From: Planctomycetota bacterium
GTDB taxonomy: Bacteria > Planctomycetota > UBA8108 > SXIK01
Length of the DNA: 64,000 nt
Direction: 5' to 3'
NCBI GenBank assembly: GCA_965223265.1
Contig: OZ244999.1
Span: 7,168,001-7,232,000, forward strand
Part shown: piece after piece, positions 1-9,991 of the stretch
Layout: every line of letters starts with the position of its first letter
How positions within the stretch are numbered: position 1 is the first letter of the stretch
The notes under the pieces: model-generated
Seen by the model: the letters and a program-made list of their open reading frames with translations, nothing else
Databases searched by the model: none
Told to the model about the DNA's origin: nothing
Made by a program: the position numbers and the translations under genes

Positions 1-163
1 TTCTGGCGCCGCAACTTTGTGACCTGTCGCAGACGGCCTCGCATGCCGCGCAACGCGTTCGTCACGTCTAGGAGATAGCTCATTCGAGTGGAGACTGCAC
101 GACACGCGCCGAGCGCAGCGATTCGTTGCCCTCGCTTGTGGCCGCGTTGACCCAACCGCTCAT

Positions 164-2122
164 ATGAAGACCAACGCTGAAAGTATCTTCAACGTCGTCG
201 TCGGCACTGCAGGCCACATCGATCACGGCAAGTCCGCACTCGTCGCCCAGCTCACTGGCGTGCATCCGGATCGGTTGCCGGAGGAAAAAGAGCGCGGGCT
301 CACGATCGATCTGGGCTTCGCGCCTCTCACCCTAGCCTCGGGTCTGCGCGTCGGCGTGATCGACGTTCCGGGTCACGAGCGCCTCGTGAAGAACATGGTC
401 GCTGGTGCTACAGGGATTGATCTTGTGATCCTGGTCGTCGCCGCCGACGACGGCGTCATGCCTCAAACCGAAGAACACGTCGCGATCATGGAGTTGCTGG
501 GGCTCAAACATGGCATCGTGGCCATCACGAAAATCGATACCGTCGAGACCGACCTCCGCGAACTTGTCCGCGAGGACATCCAAACCTCGCTCAGCGGCAG
601 TTTCCTTCGCGATGCGCCGATCGTGGAAGTCTCATCCGTGACGGGAGAGGGCATCGAAGAGCTGCGTGCTCTGCTGAACGATGAGCTATCCCGGGTCAAG
701 CCGCGTGACACTTCTGGTGTCTTTCGCATGCCAGTGCAGCGAGTCTTCTCGGCACGCGGATTCGGCACAATTGTTACTGGCGTGCCGGTCCAAGGCGAGA
801 CAACAATTGGAGCAACGCTTGAAGTTTCTCCCCTCGGGGCTAAGGGTCGCGTCCGCGGCATCCACGCCTACAGAGAAGCCACCGACAAAGCCCGCGCTGG
901 CCACTCGGCCGCTATCAACCTCACCGACGTCGACTACAAACAAGTACGCCGCGGCATGGTCGTGGCAGAACCGGGCTACGCGCGAAGCGCAACAATGTTC
1001 GAGGCACGTCTCAGTTATTTGCTGAGCTGTTCGCGCCCGCTTCGCCATCAGGCGCCGATACGACTACACGTCGGAACCGCAGAGGCGCTCGGCCGCGTCT
1101 TTTTACTCGAGCGCAAGGAAGTACAGCCCGGGGAAGAAACCTTCGTGCAGTTTCGCCTCGACGAGCCGGTCGTCGCTGCCGGAGGAGACCGGTTTGTCCT
1201 ACGTTCCTACTCGCCCGCCGCGACGATCGGCGGTGGTGAGATCGTCTCGCATTCACGGTGGCGACTCAAGACCGGCAAGCAATACGTCTTAACGCAGCTT
1301 GAAGAGAAGGCAAGCTCGGTCGGCGATCCACGAAGGAGTCTTCTCAACTTGCTCAAAAACTCAGGCCTGAACTGTTTGACGCCTAAAGAGATCTCGCTGA
1401 GCCTCGGGTTGCTGCCGGGCGACGTCGCAGAGCTGATCAAGGCGCTGATCGACTCTGGTGAAGTGCGACGGTCTGGGCGCGGGGACGGTCACTATTCAGT
1501 GGAGCAAATGCGTCTCGCAGCAAAGAAGGTTACGGATCACGCCGCGTCGTTTTTCCGCGAGCATCCCAGACGACTGCTGCTGGACAAGTTGCATCTGCGG
1601 CAAGCACTCGGAGCCAGCGACGCTTTTTTGCTGGACCTGCTCGGGTTCATGACCAGCGCGGAGACGCTCGAGGAGCCGACACCGGGAAAACTGCGTTTTC
1701 GTGGCCTGGAGCCGCAACTCTCCGACGAAGAAGCCGAGATCAAGGCAGAACTGGCTGAAGCGATCGCAGCGGGAAAGTTCTCGCCCCCGGACACGCAAGA
1801 AATCGCCACTGCACGGCGGTGGAACGTACGCGTTGCTGAGGAACTCGCTCAACTGCTCGAGGACGAGGGTGAACTCGTCCGCGTCGGCGGCGGACTGCTC
1901 TTCCACCGCCGCGCGATCGAGGCAGCGAAGACAGCACTGGCAGAACATCTGAACGAGCACGGACCGATGACGGCTGCCGAAGCGAAGGCAGTGCTACAGT
2001 CAACGCGAAAGTACTGCATCCCGCTCCTCGAGTATCTCGACGACGTTGGATTCACGGCGCGCAGTGGGGACACGCGCCATCTACGCGCGCCAGCCGACAC
2101 CAACAATGGGGCGGAATCGTAG
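164..2122 (+). CDS. selB: Selenocysteine-specific translation elongation factor SelB
   Basis: GTAGHIDHGKS P-loop, DRLPEEKERGLTIDLGFA, DVPGHE and TKID G-motifs; C-terminal winged-helix SECIS-binding motif STRKYCIPLLEYLD; 652 aa. Confidence 0.96.
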   Translation: MKTNAESIFNVVVGTAGHIDHGKSALVAQLTGVHPDRLPEEKERGLTIDLGFAPLTLASGLRVGVIDVPGHERLVKNMVAGATGIDLVILVVAADDGVMPQTEEHVAIMELLGLKHGIVAITKIDTVETDLRELVREDIQTSLSGSFLRDAPIVEVSSVTGEGIEELRALLNDELSRVKPRDTSGVFRMPVQRVFSARGFGTIVTGVPVQGETTIGATLEVSPLGAKGRVRGIHAYREATDKARAGHSAAINLTDVDYKQVRRGMVVAEPGYARSATMFEARLSYLLSCSRPLRHQAPIRLHVGTAEALGRVFLLERKEVQPGEETFVQFRLDEPVVAAGGDRFVLRSYSPAATIGGGEIVSHSRWRLKTGKQYVLTQLEEKASSVGDPRRSLLNLLKNSGLNCLTPKEISLSLGLLPGDVAELIKALIDSGEVRRSGRGDGHYSVEQMRLAAKKVTDHAASFFREHPRRLLLDKLHLRQALGASDAFLLDLLGFMTSAETLEEPTPGKLRFRGLEPQLSDEEAEIKAELAEAIAAGKFSPPDTQEIATARRWNVRVAEELAQLLEDEGELVRVGGGLLFHRRAIEAAKTALAEHLNEHGPMTAAEAKAVLQSTRKYCIPLLEYLDDVGFTARSGDTRHLRAPADTNNGAES

Positions 2123-2162
2123 CCGCACTCCTGATACGCCTCGCTTGCGCGTCCGAGAACTC

Positions 2163-2684
2163 TCAATCTGCGGCGATTTGTGCCATATGGTCGATGAACT
2201 CGAGGTGCAGCTCTTCTGCCTCGAGACAGGTGACGAAGTGCTCAGTGACTGCTGCTGATTCGGACTTCCAGGGCAGCAGCTGACCGCAGACCATGATCCG
2301 TTCTCCGAGCTCGAGCAAGAAGTCGAGCATCTGGCGCGTGCTCCCAAGCGACTTGATCTTGTCGGCGAGCTGCGCGAGAGGCTCAGGTCCCGGGCGGGCG
2401 TCAATCTCCTTATCCGCACCGCCCACCTGTACGACGAGAGCACGCCCCGCTTCAACCGGCTCTGCAAACCTCAGAGACCAATCGCGACTGAGGAGTTGGA
2501 GTAGGACGCGTGCCTCCCCTTCGGAGGTGGCGATGAGCTTCTCATAGAGGTGCAACTGTGCCAGCTCGCCGGCGATGATGCTCACGAGCGCGGCGTCGTC
2601 CGCAGGGAGTTCGCCGTCGTCGAATTGAACAAACCCGTTGGCACGATCAAGCGTGATCGCGTCGAGGTCGAAGTCTTCACTCAT
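2163..2684 (-). CDS. Hypothetical protein
   Basis: ORF downstream of ileS in the same orientation with typical codon usage; ATG at 2684 (MSEDFDLD) chosen as start; no recognised motif. Confidence 0.6.
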   Translation of the reverse strand: MSEDFDLDAITLDRANGFVQFDDGELPADDAALVSIIAGELAQLHLYEKLIATSEGEARVLLQLLSRDWSLRFAEPVEAGRALVVQVGGADKEIDARPGPEPLAQLADKIKSLGSTRQMLDFLLELGERIMVCGQLLPWKSESAAVTEHFVTCLEAEELHLEFIDHMAQIAAD

Positions 2685-2756
2685 GGTGCGCAAGTTCCGC
2701 CACGGCACCAGGCTCGCGGCTCTACTTCCGAAGGTATCTGGAGTCGATCGTCCACG

Positions 2757-5700
2757 TCAAGCTTCCTCAAAATCGATACGGAAGTCGTCGTCGCCGACTC
2801 GTCCGTCACGCACGCCACCTGCGGAGGAGAGAGACTGCTGCGACACAGAGAGCGACAGTGTCTCCTGCTTGACGTAGTCCACATGACGCTCGAAGGCTGC
2901 CCGCAGCCAACCATCACACCAGACGCTCAGGTGAATCCTGGCTTCATACGCCAGTGCGCGTTCTCCACGCAGCCCATTGACGGCGGCAACGAGTTCCCGT
3001 GCCGCCCACTTCTCGAGAAGCTCATCAGTAATCGCAGTCTCGAGCACCAACACGACACCGCGCCCCGCACGTGCGGCGTAGCCTTCCTTTGGAATCAGCC
3101 GCACCTCGAGCTCCTCAGCAGTCAGTGCCACGGCGTCGCCGTCAACGTCGACCTCGCAGCTGCCGGACTCGTCGAGCTCCCTGCGTAAGACGGCACCGTC
3201 GGCGTTTTCCAGAACCTGCTTGAGCCGCTGCACACGACGCCCGAGGCGCGGCCCAATGAGCTTGAAGTTCGGTTTGAAGTGATAGTCGACGAATCGGTGC
3301 GCGTCAGTGGCGAACTCGAGTGACTCGACGTTCAACTCTTTGCGAACTAGCGGCAACAACTCCTCAAGCGCAGCCTCCATGCGCGGCTCGGCGAGTACCA
3401 AGATCGCCTTCGACAGGGGCTGACGCACCCTGATCTTGGCCTCGACGCGCGCGGATCGTCCAAGCGCGACGACTTCCCGCGTGAGTGCCATCCGCTCAGC
3501 GAGCTCCGTGTCGATGAGATCGCTACGCACCTCGGGAAAAGACGTCAGATGCACACTGCGCGCCTGAGTCGCCGGCCAGACACCGCGAACGAGGTTCTGG
3601 TAGAGACTTTCCGCCAAGAAGGGAAGAAACGGTGCCGTCAATTGGCTGAGTGTCACCAGAGACTCGTAAAGGGTCCAGAAGGCATCATATTTGTCCTGGG
3701 CCAAGCCGGACGCCCAGTAGCGGCTGCGGCCGGTGCGCACGTACCAGTTCGAAAGCGCGTCCACGAAATCGTAGAGCGCTCGCGCCGCCGTCATGATGTC
3801 GTACTCTTCCAAGGAAGACGTCACGCGCGCGCACGTCGAATGGAGCTCGGAGATCATCCAACGGTCCATAAGCGACCGCTCAGCGACGGGCGCGTATCCG
3901 TCTGATTGCGACAGCACCTCCGGCGTGCTGGTCGCGGCAGAAGCATTGCCAAGCGACGGGTCGAAGCCGTCAATGTTCGCGTAGATCAGAAAGAAGCTCC
4001 ACACGTTCTGCAGCCGAATGATGAAGTCTTTTTTCGCTTCGGCGACTCGATCCATACTGAATCGCGTGTTGGTCCAAGTGTGCCCTTGGGAGAGAAAGTA
4101 CCAGCGAAGTGCGTCCGCGCCATGCGCATCCAGCACCTCGTTCGGATCGAGGTAGTTGCGCTTCGACTTCGACATCTTCTCGCCCTTGTCATCGCAAACG
4201 TGCCCCATGACGATGCAGGTGCGATAGGGGTGCGGAAGCTCAGCGTCGTCATGCAGCAAGGTACTCTCGGCAAGAAGCGTGTAAAACCAACCGCGCGTCT
4301 GGTCGATCGCCTCAGAAATGAAGTCCGCCGGAAACGCCCGGCGAAACTTCTCGTCCGATCCTTCGACGTGCGGGTAACCCCACTGCGCGAAAGGCATCGC
4401 ACCGCTGTCATACCAGCAATCGATGACCTCCGGCACACGGCGCATGCGAGCGTTCGGATCCGCTGACGACTGGTAGTGCACGGCGTCGATGTACGGCTTG
4501 TGCACGCGCAAATGATCGGAGAGGGAGGAATCCTTCGCCTTGGCGGCATCGAACACCTCAGTGCCTTGAACGTCAGGTTTGCCGAGAAGCTCGGCGAAGG
4601 AGCCGATCGCCTCCATCTCACCGGTCGATTCGCACGTCCAGATCGGTAGCGGTGTTCCCCAGTACCTCTCGCGAGAGAGTGCCCAGTCGACGTTTCCCTC
4701 AAGGAATTTGCCGAAGCGCCCGTCGCGGATGTGCTCGGGAACCCACTTAACGCGCCGACTGTTCTCGAGCATCGCATCACGAAAACGGCTCGTAGAGATG
4801 AACCACGCGGGACGCGCGTACTGAATGAGAGGCTCGTTGTCCGCTCGCCAGCAAAACGGGTAGTCGTGATTGTACACTTCCTCGCGAAAGAGCAGGCCAT
4901 CGGCGCGTAGCCTCCGGATCAAAGCGCGATCCGCTTCTTTACAGAAGACCCCAGCGACCTCAGTCACGGGCGCCGTCATGCGACCTGCATCGTCGACGAG
5001 TTGAAGGAATCCCAGCCCTTGATCTTTCGCCAGGCGGTAGTCGTCCTCGCCAAACGCCGGGGCGATGTGAACAAGGCCAGTCCCGTACCCCACCTCAGCT
5101 GACGGATCGATGGTGACGAAGTCAGCGGCAACGATTCTAAAACTATCACCGTCCTGGGGCGGGGCGTAAGGCAGGAGCTGTCGGTATCGGCAGCCAACAA
5201 GCTCGCTGCCCGGAAACGGATCCGACACGCTCAATGGTTGAATCTTGTCGGTGAGGACTTTCGCTACCAGCGCCTGCGCCATGACGAGAGTCTCGGCACC
5301 GCCGCCTTCGGTTTCGACCTCGACACGAACGTACTGACCATCGGCTTTCACGGCGAGGCCAACATTGCTCGGAAGTGTCCACGGCGTCGTCGTCCACGCG
5401 AGGTAGCTCAACTTCGAGTCATCGGCACTGCGGAATCGTACAAAAACACTTGGGTCGCTGACCGTCTTGTAGCCAAGTCCGACTTCAGCCGCAGACAGCG
5501 TGCTACCACCCTGCGGCCACCACCAGACCACCTTGCGGTCCTGATAGAGGAGTCCCTTTTCGAAGAGTGTCTTGAGTGACCACCAAACACTCTCGACGTA
5601 GCTCTTGTGAAACGTGACGTAAGCATCGAGATCGACCCAAAAACCGATCCGCTCGGTGAGTTCTTCCCACTCTTGCGTGTATCGAAACACGCTATCGATG

Positions 5701-6089
5701 CAGCGTCGCGTGAACTCTTCGACGCCATACTCCTCGATTTCCTCTTTGCCCGAGATACCAAGCTCTTTTTCAACCTCGATTTCCACCGGCAATCCGTGCG
5801 TATCCCAGCCCGCTTTGCGCGGCACGCGATAGCCTTGCATCGTCTTATAGCGCGGGAACAGATCTTTCACGACGCGGGTGAGCACGTGCCCGGGATGGGG
5901 TTTGCCGTTCGCAGTCGGTGGGCCTTCGTAGAAGACAAACGTTTCCGCGCCGTCACGCTGCGCCAGCGACTCTTCGAAGATGCGCTCCTGACGCCAAAAA
6001 CGCGCCACCTCACGCTCGACTTCAGATGACGAAACTTGTGCCGGGAGTGACTCAAAGACAGTGTCGTGGGAAGAGGATTTCATGCTCAT
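2757..6089 (-). CDS. ileS: Isoleucine--tRNA ligase, type 2 (eukaryote-like IleRS2)
   Basis: FVFYEGPPTANGKPHPGH, GWDTHGLPVE, AWTTTPWTLPSN, DWALSRERYWGTPLP, EAIDQTRGWFY, KMSKS; long type-2 C-terminus without a zinc finger. Confidence 0.97.
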   Translation of the reverse strand: MSMKSSSHDTVFESLPAQVSSSEVEREVARFWRQERIFEESLAQRDGAETFVFYEGPPTANGKPHPGHVLTRVVKDLFPRYKTMQGYRVPRKAGWDTHGLPVEIEVEKELGISGKEEIEEYGVEEFTRRCIDSVFRYTQEWEELTERIGFWVDLDAYVTFHKSYVESVWWSLKTLFEKGLLYQDRKVVWWWPQGGSTLSAAEVGLGYKTVSDPSVFVRFRSADDSKLSYLAWTTTPWTLPSNVGLAVKADGQYVRVEVETEGGGAETLVMAQALVAKVLTDKIQPLSVSDPFPGSELVGCRYRQLLPYAPPQDGDSFRIVAADFVTIDPSAEVGYGTGLVHIAPAFGEDDYRLAKDQGLGFLQLVDDAGRMTAPVTEVAGVFCKEADRALIRRLRADGLLFREEVYNHDYPFCWRADNEPLIQYARPAWFISTSRFRDAMLENSRRVKWVPEHIRDGRFGKFLEGNVDWALSRERYWGTPLPIWTCESTGEMEAIGSFAELLGKPDVQGTEVFDAAKAKDSSLSDHLRVHKPYIDAVHYQSSADPNARMRRVPEVIDCWYDSGAMPFAQWGYPHVEGSDEKFRRAFPADFISEAIDQTRGWFYTLLAESTLLHDDAELPHPYRTCIVMGHVCDDKGEKMSKSKRNYLDPNEVLDAHGADALRWYFLSQGHTWTNTRFSMDRVAEAKKDFIIRLQNVWSFFLIYANIDGFDPSLGNASAATSTPEVLSQSDGYAPVAERSLMDRWMISELHSTCARVTSSLEEYDIMTAARALYDFVDALSNWYVRTGRSRYWASGLAQDKYDAFWTLYESLVTLSQLTAPFLPFLAESLYQNLVRGVWPATQARSVHLTSFPEVRSDLIDTELAERMALTREVVALGRSARVEAKIRVRQPLSKAILVLAEPRMEAALEELLPLVRKELNVESLEFATDAHRFVDYHFKPNFKLIGPRLGRRVQRLKQVLENADGAVLRRELDESGSCEVDVDGDAVALTAEELEVRLIPKEGYAARAGRGVVLVLETAITDELLEKWAARELVAAVNGLRGERALAYEARIHLSVWCDGWLRAAFERHVDYVKQETLSLSVSQQSLSSAGGVRDGRVGDDDFRIDFEEA

Positions 6090-7282
6090 AGGCCGGGGTG
6101 CCAGACGTAATAAAGCTTGGGAGAAGTCTTGAGGGAGCGGGCGCGCAGGCTCAGCTCGACGTCTTGCCGGTCACCCGCTTGGCCGTGAAAGGCCGCTTCG
6201 AGGCGTGTGTTGCTGCTTCCAGCTCGCGTGTAGTGTATGACTGTCGGGCTCGAAATGGCAGCCATTTCCGTGGCGCTGTCAATTGCGTCGGCAAGATAAC
6301 CGGTGGCGTCTGCAAGACCAAGTCGCGCGCTCTCAATCCCTGAAAAAACTCGACCATCGGCGAGCTCTCGAACCTGATCGGCGCTCAGGTTGACACGCCC
6401 ACGCTCGACGACGCCGAGGAACTGTTCGTACATGTCATCGACCAGATCTTGAAGCACTTGGCGCTCGTCAGCGCTCATCGGTCGGAAGAGCGAGTTGATG
6501 TCCTTTTTGTCCGACGACTTGATCGGTACGGCGCGCACCCCAACCGAGGCGAGAAGGTCGGAGGCATCGAAGCTGTGCAAAATCACACCAATGCTGCCGA
6601 CGATCGCCGTCGGGTGAGTGAACACACGGTCGGCAGCCATCGCAATGTAATAGGCGCCGGATGCACCTTGTTCGACGATGGAGGCAACGATCGGAATGCC
6701 CGTCTCTTCTTTAAACTTGAGGAGCTGACGATGAATCAAATCGCAAGCAGTGACTTCACCACCAGGGCTGGAGATGCGCAGTACGATCGCCTTCACTTGT
6801 CGATCGCTACGAATCTTTAGAAGTCTCGACCTCATCTCCGCCACCGCATTGTGACTCGTAGAAATCAGGCCGAATCCCTTGTCGCTACTGATCATGCCGT
6901 TGATTTCAATGACAGCGACCTTCTCCTTGCTCAGGAATCCACGTCCACGAACGAGGACGTGCTCTTCGAGTGACTGCGGCTTGAGAAGATCGCCGATGGG
7001 GATCACGATGCAGCCCGGAGAAAGAGCGAGCAGCGCGCCGACGAGAACCGCGGGAAACACCCGAGATCGTCGTCCGATCGACGCAGCGAGCGTCGTTACG
7101 AAACTGGCTCGCACATCGGGAAGTCCACTCACCGCGAGCTTTGAACGTCGTGGACAGTCCACGGGAGGGAGGGCAGGGCACACGACCTCCGCCGACGATC
7201 CTGGTAGCTCGCGGCCATGGGACTGCGCTCGCGCCGTCTCGCTCGTGACTCTTCTGAAAACTTCGGGTCGAACTCGTTTCAT
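6086..7282 (-). CDS. sppA: Signal peptide peptidase SppA (S49 family, 36K type); true start may be further downstream
   Basis: LRISSPGGEV, GASGAYYIAMAAD, IVGSIGV and ADGRVFSG motifs; lipobox-like LSPGC; stop overlaps the ileS start (ATGA). Confidence 0.9.
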   Translation of the reverse strand: MKRVRPEVFRRVTSETARAQSHGRELPGSSAEVVCPALPPVDCPRRSKLAVSGLPDVRASFVTTLAASIGRRSRVFPAVLVGALLALSPGCIVIPIGDLLKPQSLEEHVLVRGRGFLSKEKVAVIEINGMISSDKGFGLISTSHNAVAEMRSRLLKIRSDRQVKAIVLRISSPGGEVTACDLIHRQLLKFKEETGIPIVASIVEQGASGAYYIAMAADRVFTHPTAIVGSIGVILHSFDASDLLASVGVRAVPIKSSDKKDINSLFRPMSADERQVLQDLVDDMYEQFLGVVERGRVNLSADQVRELADGRVFSGIESARLGLADATGYLADAIDSATEMAAISSPTVIHYTRAGSSNTRLEAAFHGQAGDRQDVELSLRARSLKTSPKLYYVWHPGL

Positions 7283-7297
7283 CGTGGTCCTCTCTCA

Positions 7298-8080
7298 TCA
7301 CTCATCGCCCGCCTCGACTTCCTCAGGGTCCCCAGATCGACGGCCCGTCCGTTTATCGGCATTTGCCTGCGGAAACTTGCGCCGCGCCTCAATCCAAGCC
7401 TCAAAGTCCGCCGGACGATTGATGTTCGTCAAGACGCGCTCGAAGAACCTCAACCGCTCGCTGCTGTCACCAGGCACCACCTTCTCTAGCTGCTCGCACT
7501 CCATGACGTCGAGGACTCGCATGCCCGAAATCTCTGCCAGTTCGGTCATCTGCAGCCGGCCGGCACTGAGGCGCTCGCGCACGCGCCGGCGTAAGGCACG
7601 CGAGTACACGGCGAACGTCGGGTAGAGTTGCCGGGCGCAGATCGGCATGCACCCAAGCGCGCCGTCTGAGGAGCGCCAGAGGGCATGAATCAAAGGTGCA
7701 AAGACCTCCGGCATGTCGACGCCGACGACGAAGACGGAGGGACGTTCGCAGACCTCGAGAACACTCCAAAGCGCCGCCAGCGGCGACGACGGCTCCGCAC
7801 GATCAGCAATAACACGCACCGTCGCCGTTGGCGTGGTATCGCGAAAGCGGTCGATCTCTGCGCTCAAAGCTGACGATGGCCCATCCGCGCCGACGCTCAC
7901 CGCCAGCTCGTCAAAGTGTGGGGCTAGTGCGCGAAGCGACCTGTCCAGGAGAGTCACCCCGTCGAGGCGTAGAAGCGCTTTGTCGACGCCCATCCGCCGA
8001 CTGCGACCACCGGCGAGAACGACACCGACACCGTCGAGGACGCGGCGATCGGCATTCACGACGGGCAGCCACCGATCCAC
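7298..8080 (-). CDS. mobA: Molybdenum cofactor guanylyltransferase
   Basis: GVVLAGGRSRRMGVDKALL N-terminal motif, VDMP, NINRPADF; adjacent to moeA. Confidence 0.9.
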   Translation of the reverse strand: MDRWLPVVNADRRVLDGVGVVLAGGRSRRMGVDKALLRLDGVTLLDRSLRALAPHFDELAVSVGADGPSSALSAEIDRFRDTTPTATVRVIADRAEPSSPLAALWSVLEVCERPSVFVVGVDMPEVFAPLIHALWRSSDGALGCMPICARQLYPTFAVYSRALRRRVRERLSAGRLQMTELAEISGMRVLDVMECEQLEKVVPGDSSERLRFFERVLTNINRPADFEAWIEARRKFPQANADKRTGRRSGDPEEVEAGDE

Positions 8081-9315
8081 TGCGCGGGGAACGCTTCGCC
8101 GCTCGCAACGCCGTCACGATCCGCGGGCAGAACGATGATCGCATTGGCATCGGCGAGTGACGACAGGAGCCCCGAGCCTTGCTTCCCAGGCGACTCAACG
8201 ACAAAACCCCCGGCAGTCGATTCGAGATCGGGAACGATCCGTGCGCGGAGAAGGAAAACCCGCCCACTCGGATAGCGAAAGTCGAACGGGAAACGTACGC
8301 GGAAGCGCGGCTCGTAGACCTCCGCCTCTCCACGCATGCGACGCAAGGCGGGTCGCACAAGAATTTCGAACGATATGATTGAAGCTGCAGGATTGCCCGG
8401 CATGCCGAAGAGCGGCACTCCATCGAAAAGTCCGAACACCTGCGGTTTCCCCGGACGCATGGCGACTTTGAAACGAAACCCTGGTCGAGCCTCTTCGCGG
8501 ACGATTTCTTGCACGAAATCGAAATCTCCGGCGCTGACGCCGCCCGTCGACAGAAGGGCATCGGCGCCGCGGTCGATGGCAGCCGAAATGGCGTTTCTGA
8601 TGGCCCGTTTGTCATCTGCAATGATCTCGCTGTAGACGACTGTGGCGCCGAGCTCTTCAACCGCACCCCGCAGCGAGTAGGAGTTGGAGTTGCGGATCTT
8701 CCCTGGTCCACAAGGCTGATCGACTTCGACCAGCTCGTCTCCGGGCGACAGAATCGCCACGCGCAGCGGCCGGGAGACTTGAAGCTTCGACCAACCGAGA
8801 GTCGCGGCGATCGCCATGTGCGGCGCACGCAAGAGACGCCCCGAGTGGAGACCGACGTCGCCCGGACGAAAATCTTCGCCGGCGCGACGGATATTCTGTC
8901 CGTCGCGGACAGCGCGGTTGAACGTCACGCGGTCGTCATCAAACACGGTCAGCTCGTGCGGGACGACCGCGTCGACTCCGGGAGGCACGGGAGCTCCAGT
9001 CATGATACGGACAGCCGTACCGGCGGCGAGTGGGCGCTCGCCAGCATCGCCGGCGGCGACAACCCCCGCAATCGATAGCGATATCGGGCGGTCGGTGCTG
9101 GCATCGCCGATGTCGGCTGACCGCACCCCAAACCCGTCCATCGCCGAGTTGTCGAACCTGGGCAAGAGCTCGCGCGAAAGCACCGACTCGCGAAGGACAC
9201 AGCCGATCGCCTCGGCGAGTGACCGCGACTCCGTTTCGACCGGTTGCACCTGCTCCAGGATCTTCTCTTGAACCGTCTCAATCGCGATCAGGGGTTGGCC
9301 CAGCTCCTGCGGCAT
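8056..9315 (-). CDS. moeA: Molybdopterin molybdenumtransferase MoeA
   Basis: PRFDNSAMDGF, RIMTGAPVP, GQNIRRAGED, STGGVSAGDFD, MRPGKP, GMPGNPAA. Confidence 0.96.
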   Translation of the reverse strand: MPQELGQPLIAIETVQEKILEQVQPVETESRSLAEAIGCVLRESVLSRELLPRFDNSAMDGFGVRSADIGDASTDRPISLSIAGVVAAGDAGERPLAAGTAVRIMTGAPVPPGVDAVVPHELTVFDDDRVTFNRAVRDGQNIRRAGEDFRPGDVGLHSGRLLRAPHMAIAATLGWSKLQVSRPLRVAILSPGDELVEVDQPCGPGKIRNSNSYSLRGAVEELGATVVYSEIIADDKRAIRNAISAAIDRGADALLSTGGVSAGDFDFVQEIVREEARPGFRFKVAMRPGKPQVFGLFDGVPLFGMPGNPAASIISFEILVRPALRRMRGEAEVYEPRFRVRFPFDFRYPSGRVFLLRARIVPDLESTAGGFVVESPGKQGSGLLSSLADANAIIVLPADRDGVASGEAFPAQWIGGCPS

Positions 9316-9319
9316 AAGG

Positions 9320-9658
9320 TCAAACGCGCTCCGTACTGTCGTGAACCCACTGAAAGTAGTCAGCGTTGCCCGCGCCGACTGGCACTGCTGCGATGGCGGG
9401 AACTTCGTAGGGATGCTCGGCTCGAAGTCGCTCGGTCAGCGTCCCCACATCCGCAGCTCGGCACTTCAGGATCAGCAGGCTTTCACCATCCTCTTGGATT
9501 TCTCCCTGCCACCAGTAGTAGCTTCTGACTCTCTCGACGACGTTGACGCAGGCGGCCAGCTTCGACTCGACGACGACGCGAGCAAGGCGCGAAGCGTGGT
9601 TGGGAGGACAGGTCGAGAAAACGACATGGACTTCTGCCATCTTGCTTGGGTTCGACAT
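9320..9658 (-). CDS. cutA: Divalent-cation tolerance protein CutA
   Basis: LAACVNV, SYYWWQG..E.E, HPYEVP and YFQWV motifs; start at 9658 or 9640. Confidence 0.92.
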   Translation of the reverse strand: MSNPSKMAEVHVVFSTCPPNHASRLARVVVESKLAACVNVVERVRSYYWWQGEIQEDGESLLILKCRAADVGTLTERLRAEHPYEVPAIAAVPVGAGNADYFQWVHDSTERV

Positions 9659-9829
9659 TGACGGTCTCGCTCGACGGGGTTGCGGCAGGGAAAACGCTGA
9701 AATAGCCCCCAGCCGCGGCGGCCGCGGTGAGCGCTTCGGGCACTTGAGTATTATCATCAGTACGAATACATATAAAATGGCCGGCTGCAAAACGCGCCGC
9801 GCCAAGCCAGCCCGGAGCCGTCCGGTGAG

Positions 9830-9862
9830 TCGAATTCCCAGAGGTCATCGAATTCCCAGAGG
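9830..9862. repeat. 15-bp direct repeat TCGAATTCCCAGAGG x2 in a divergent intergenic region
   Basis: Exact copies at 9830-9844 and 9848-9862. Confidence 0.7.
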
Positions 9863-9991
9863 CAACCGCACCCGGGTCGACCGATACCGGATATCAAGCG
9901 ACGGCTTCACCCGGTGTCGGACCGAAGCGCCGGAGCGGCGCGCTGGGCAAGCGTTACCTGTCACGGCGAGATTTCTGGTGAGCGATCAAAG

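Noticed and set aside
5860-5910. Altered IleRS2 signature associated with mupirocin hyper-resistance
   Set aside because: The motif reads HPGH, a canonical HXGH, not the swapped xxHH form.
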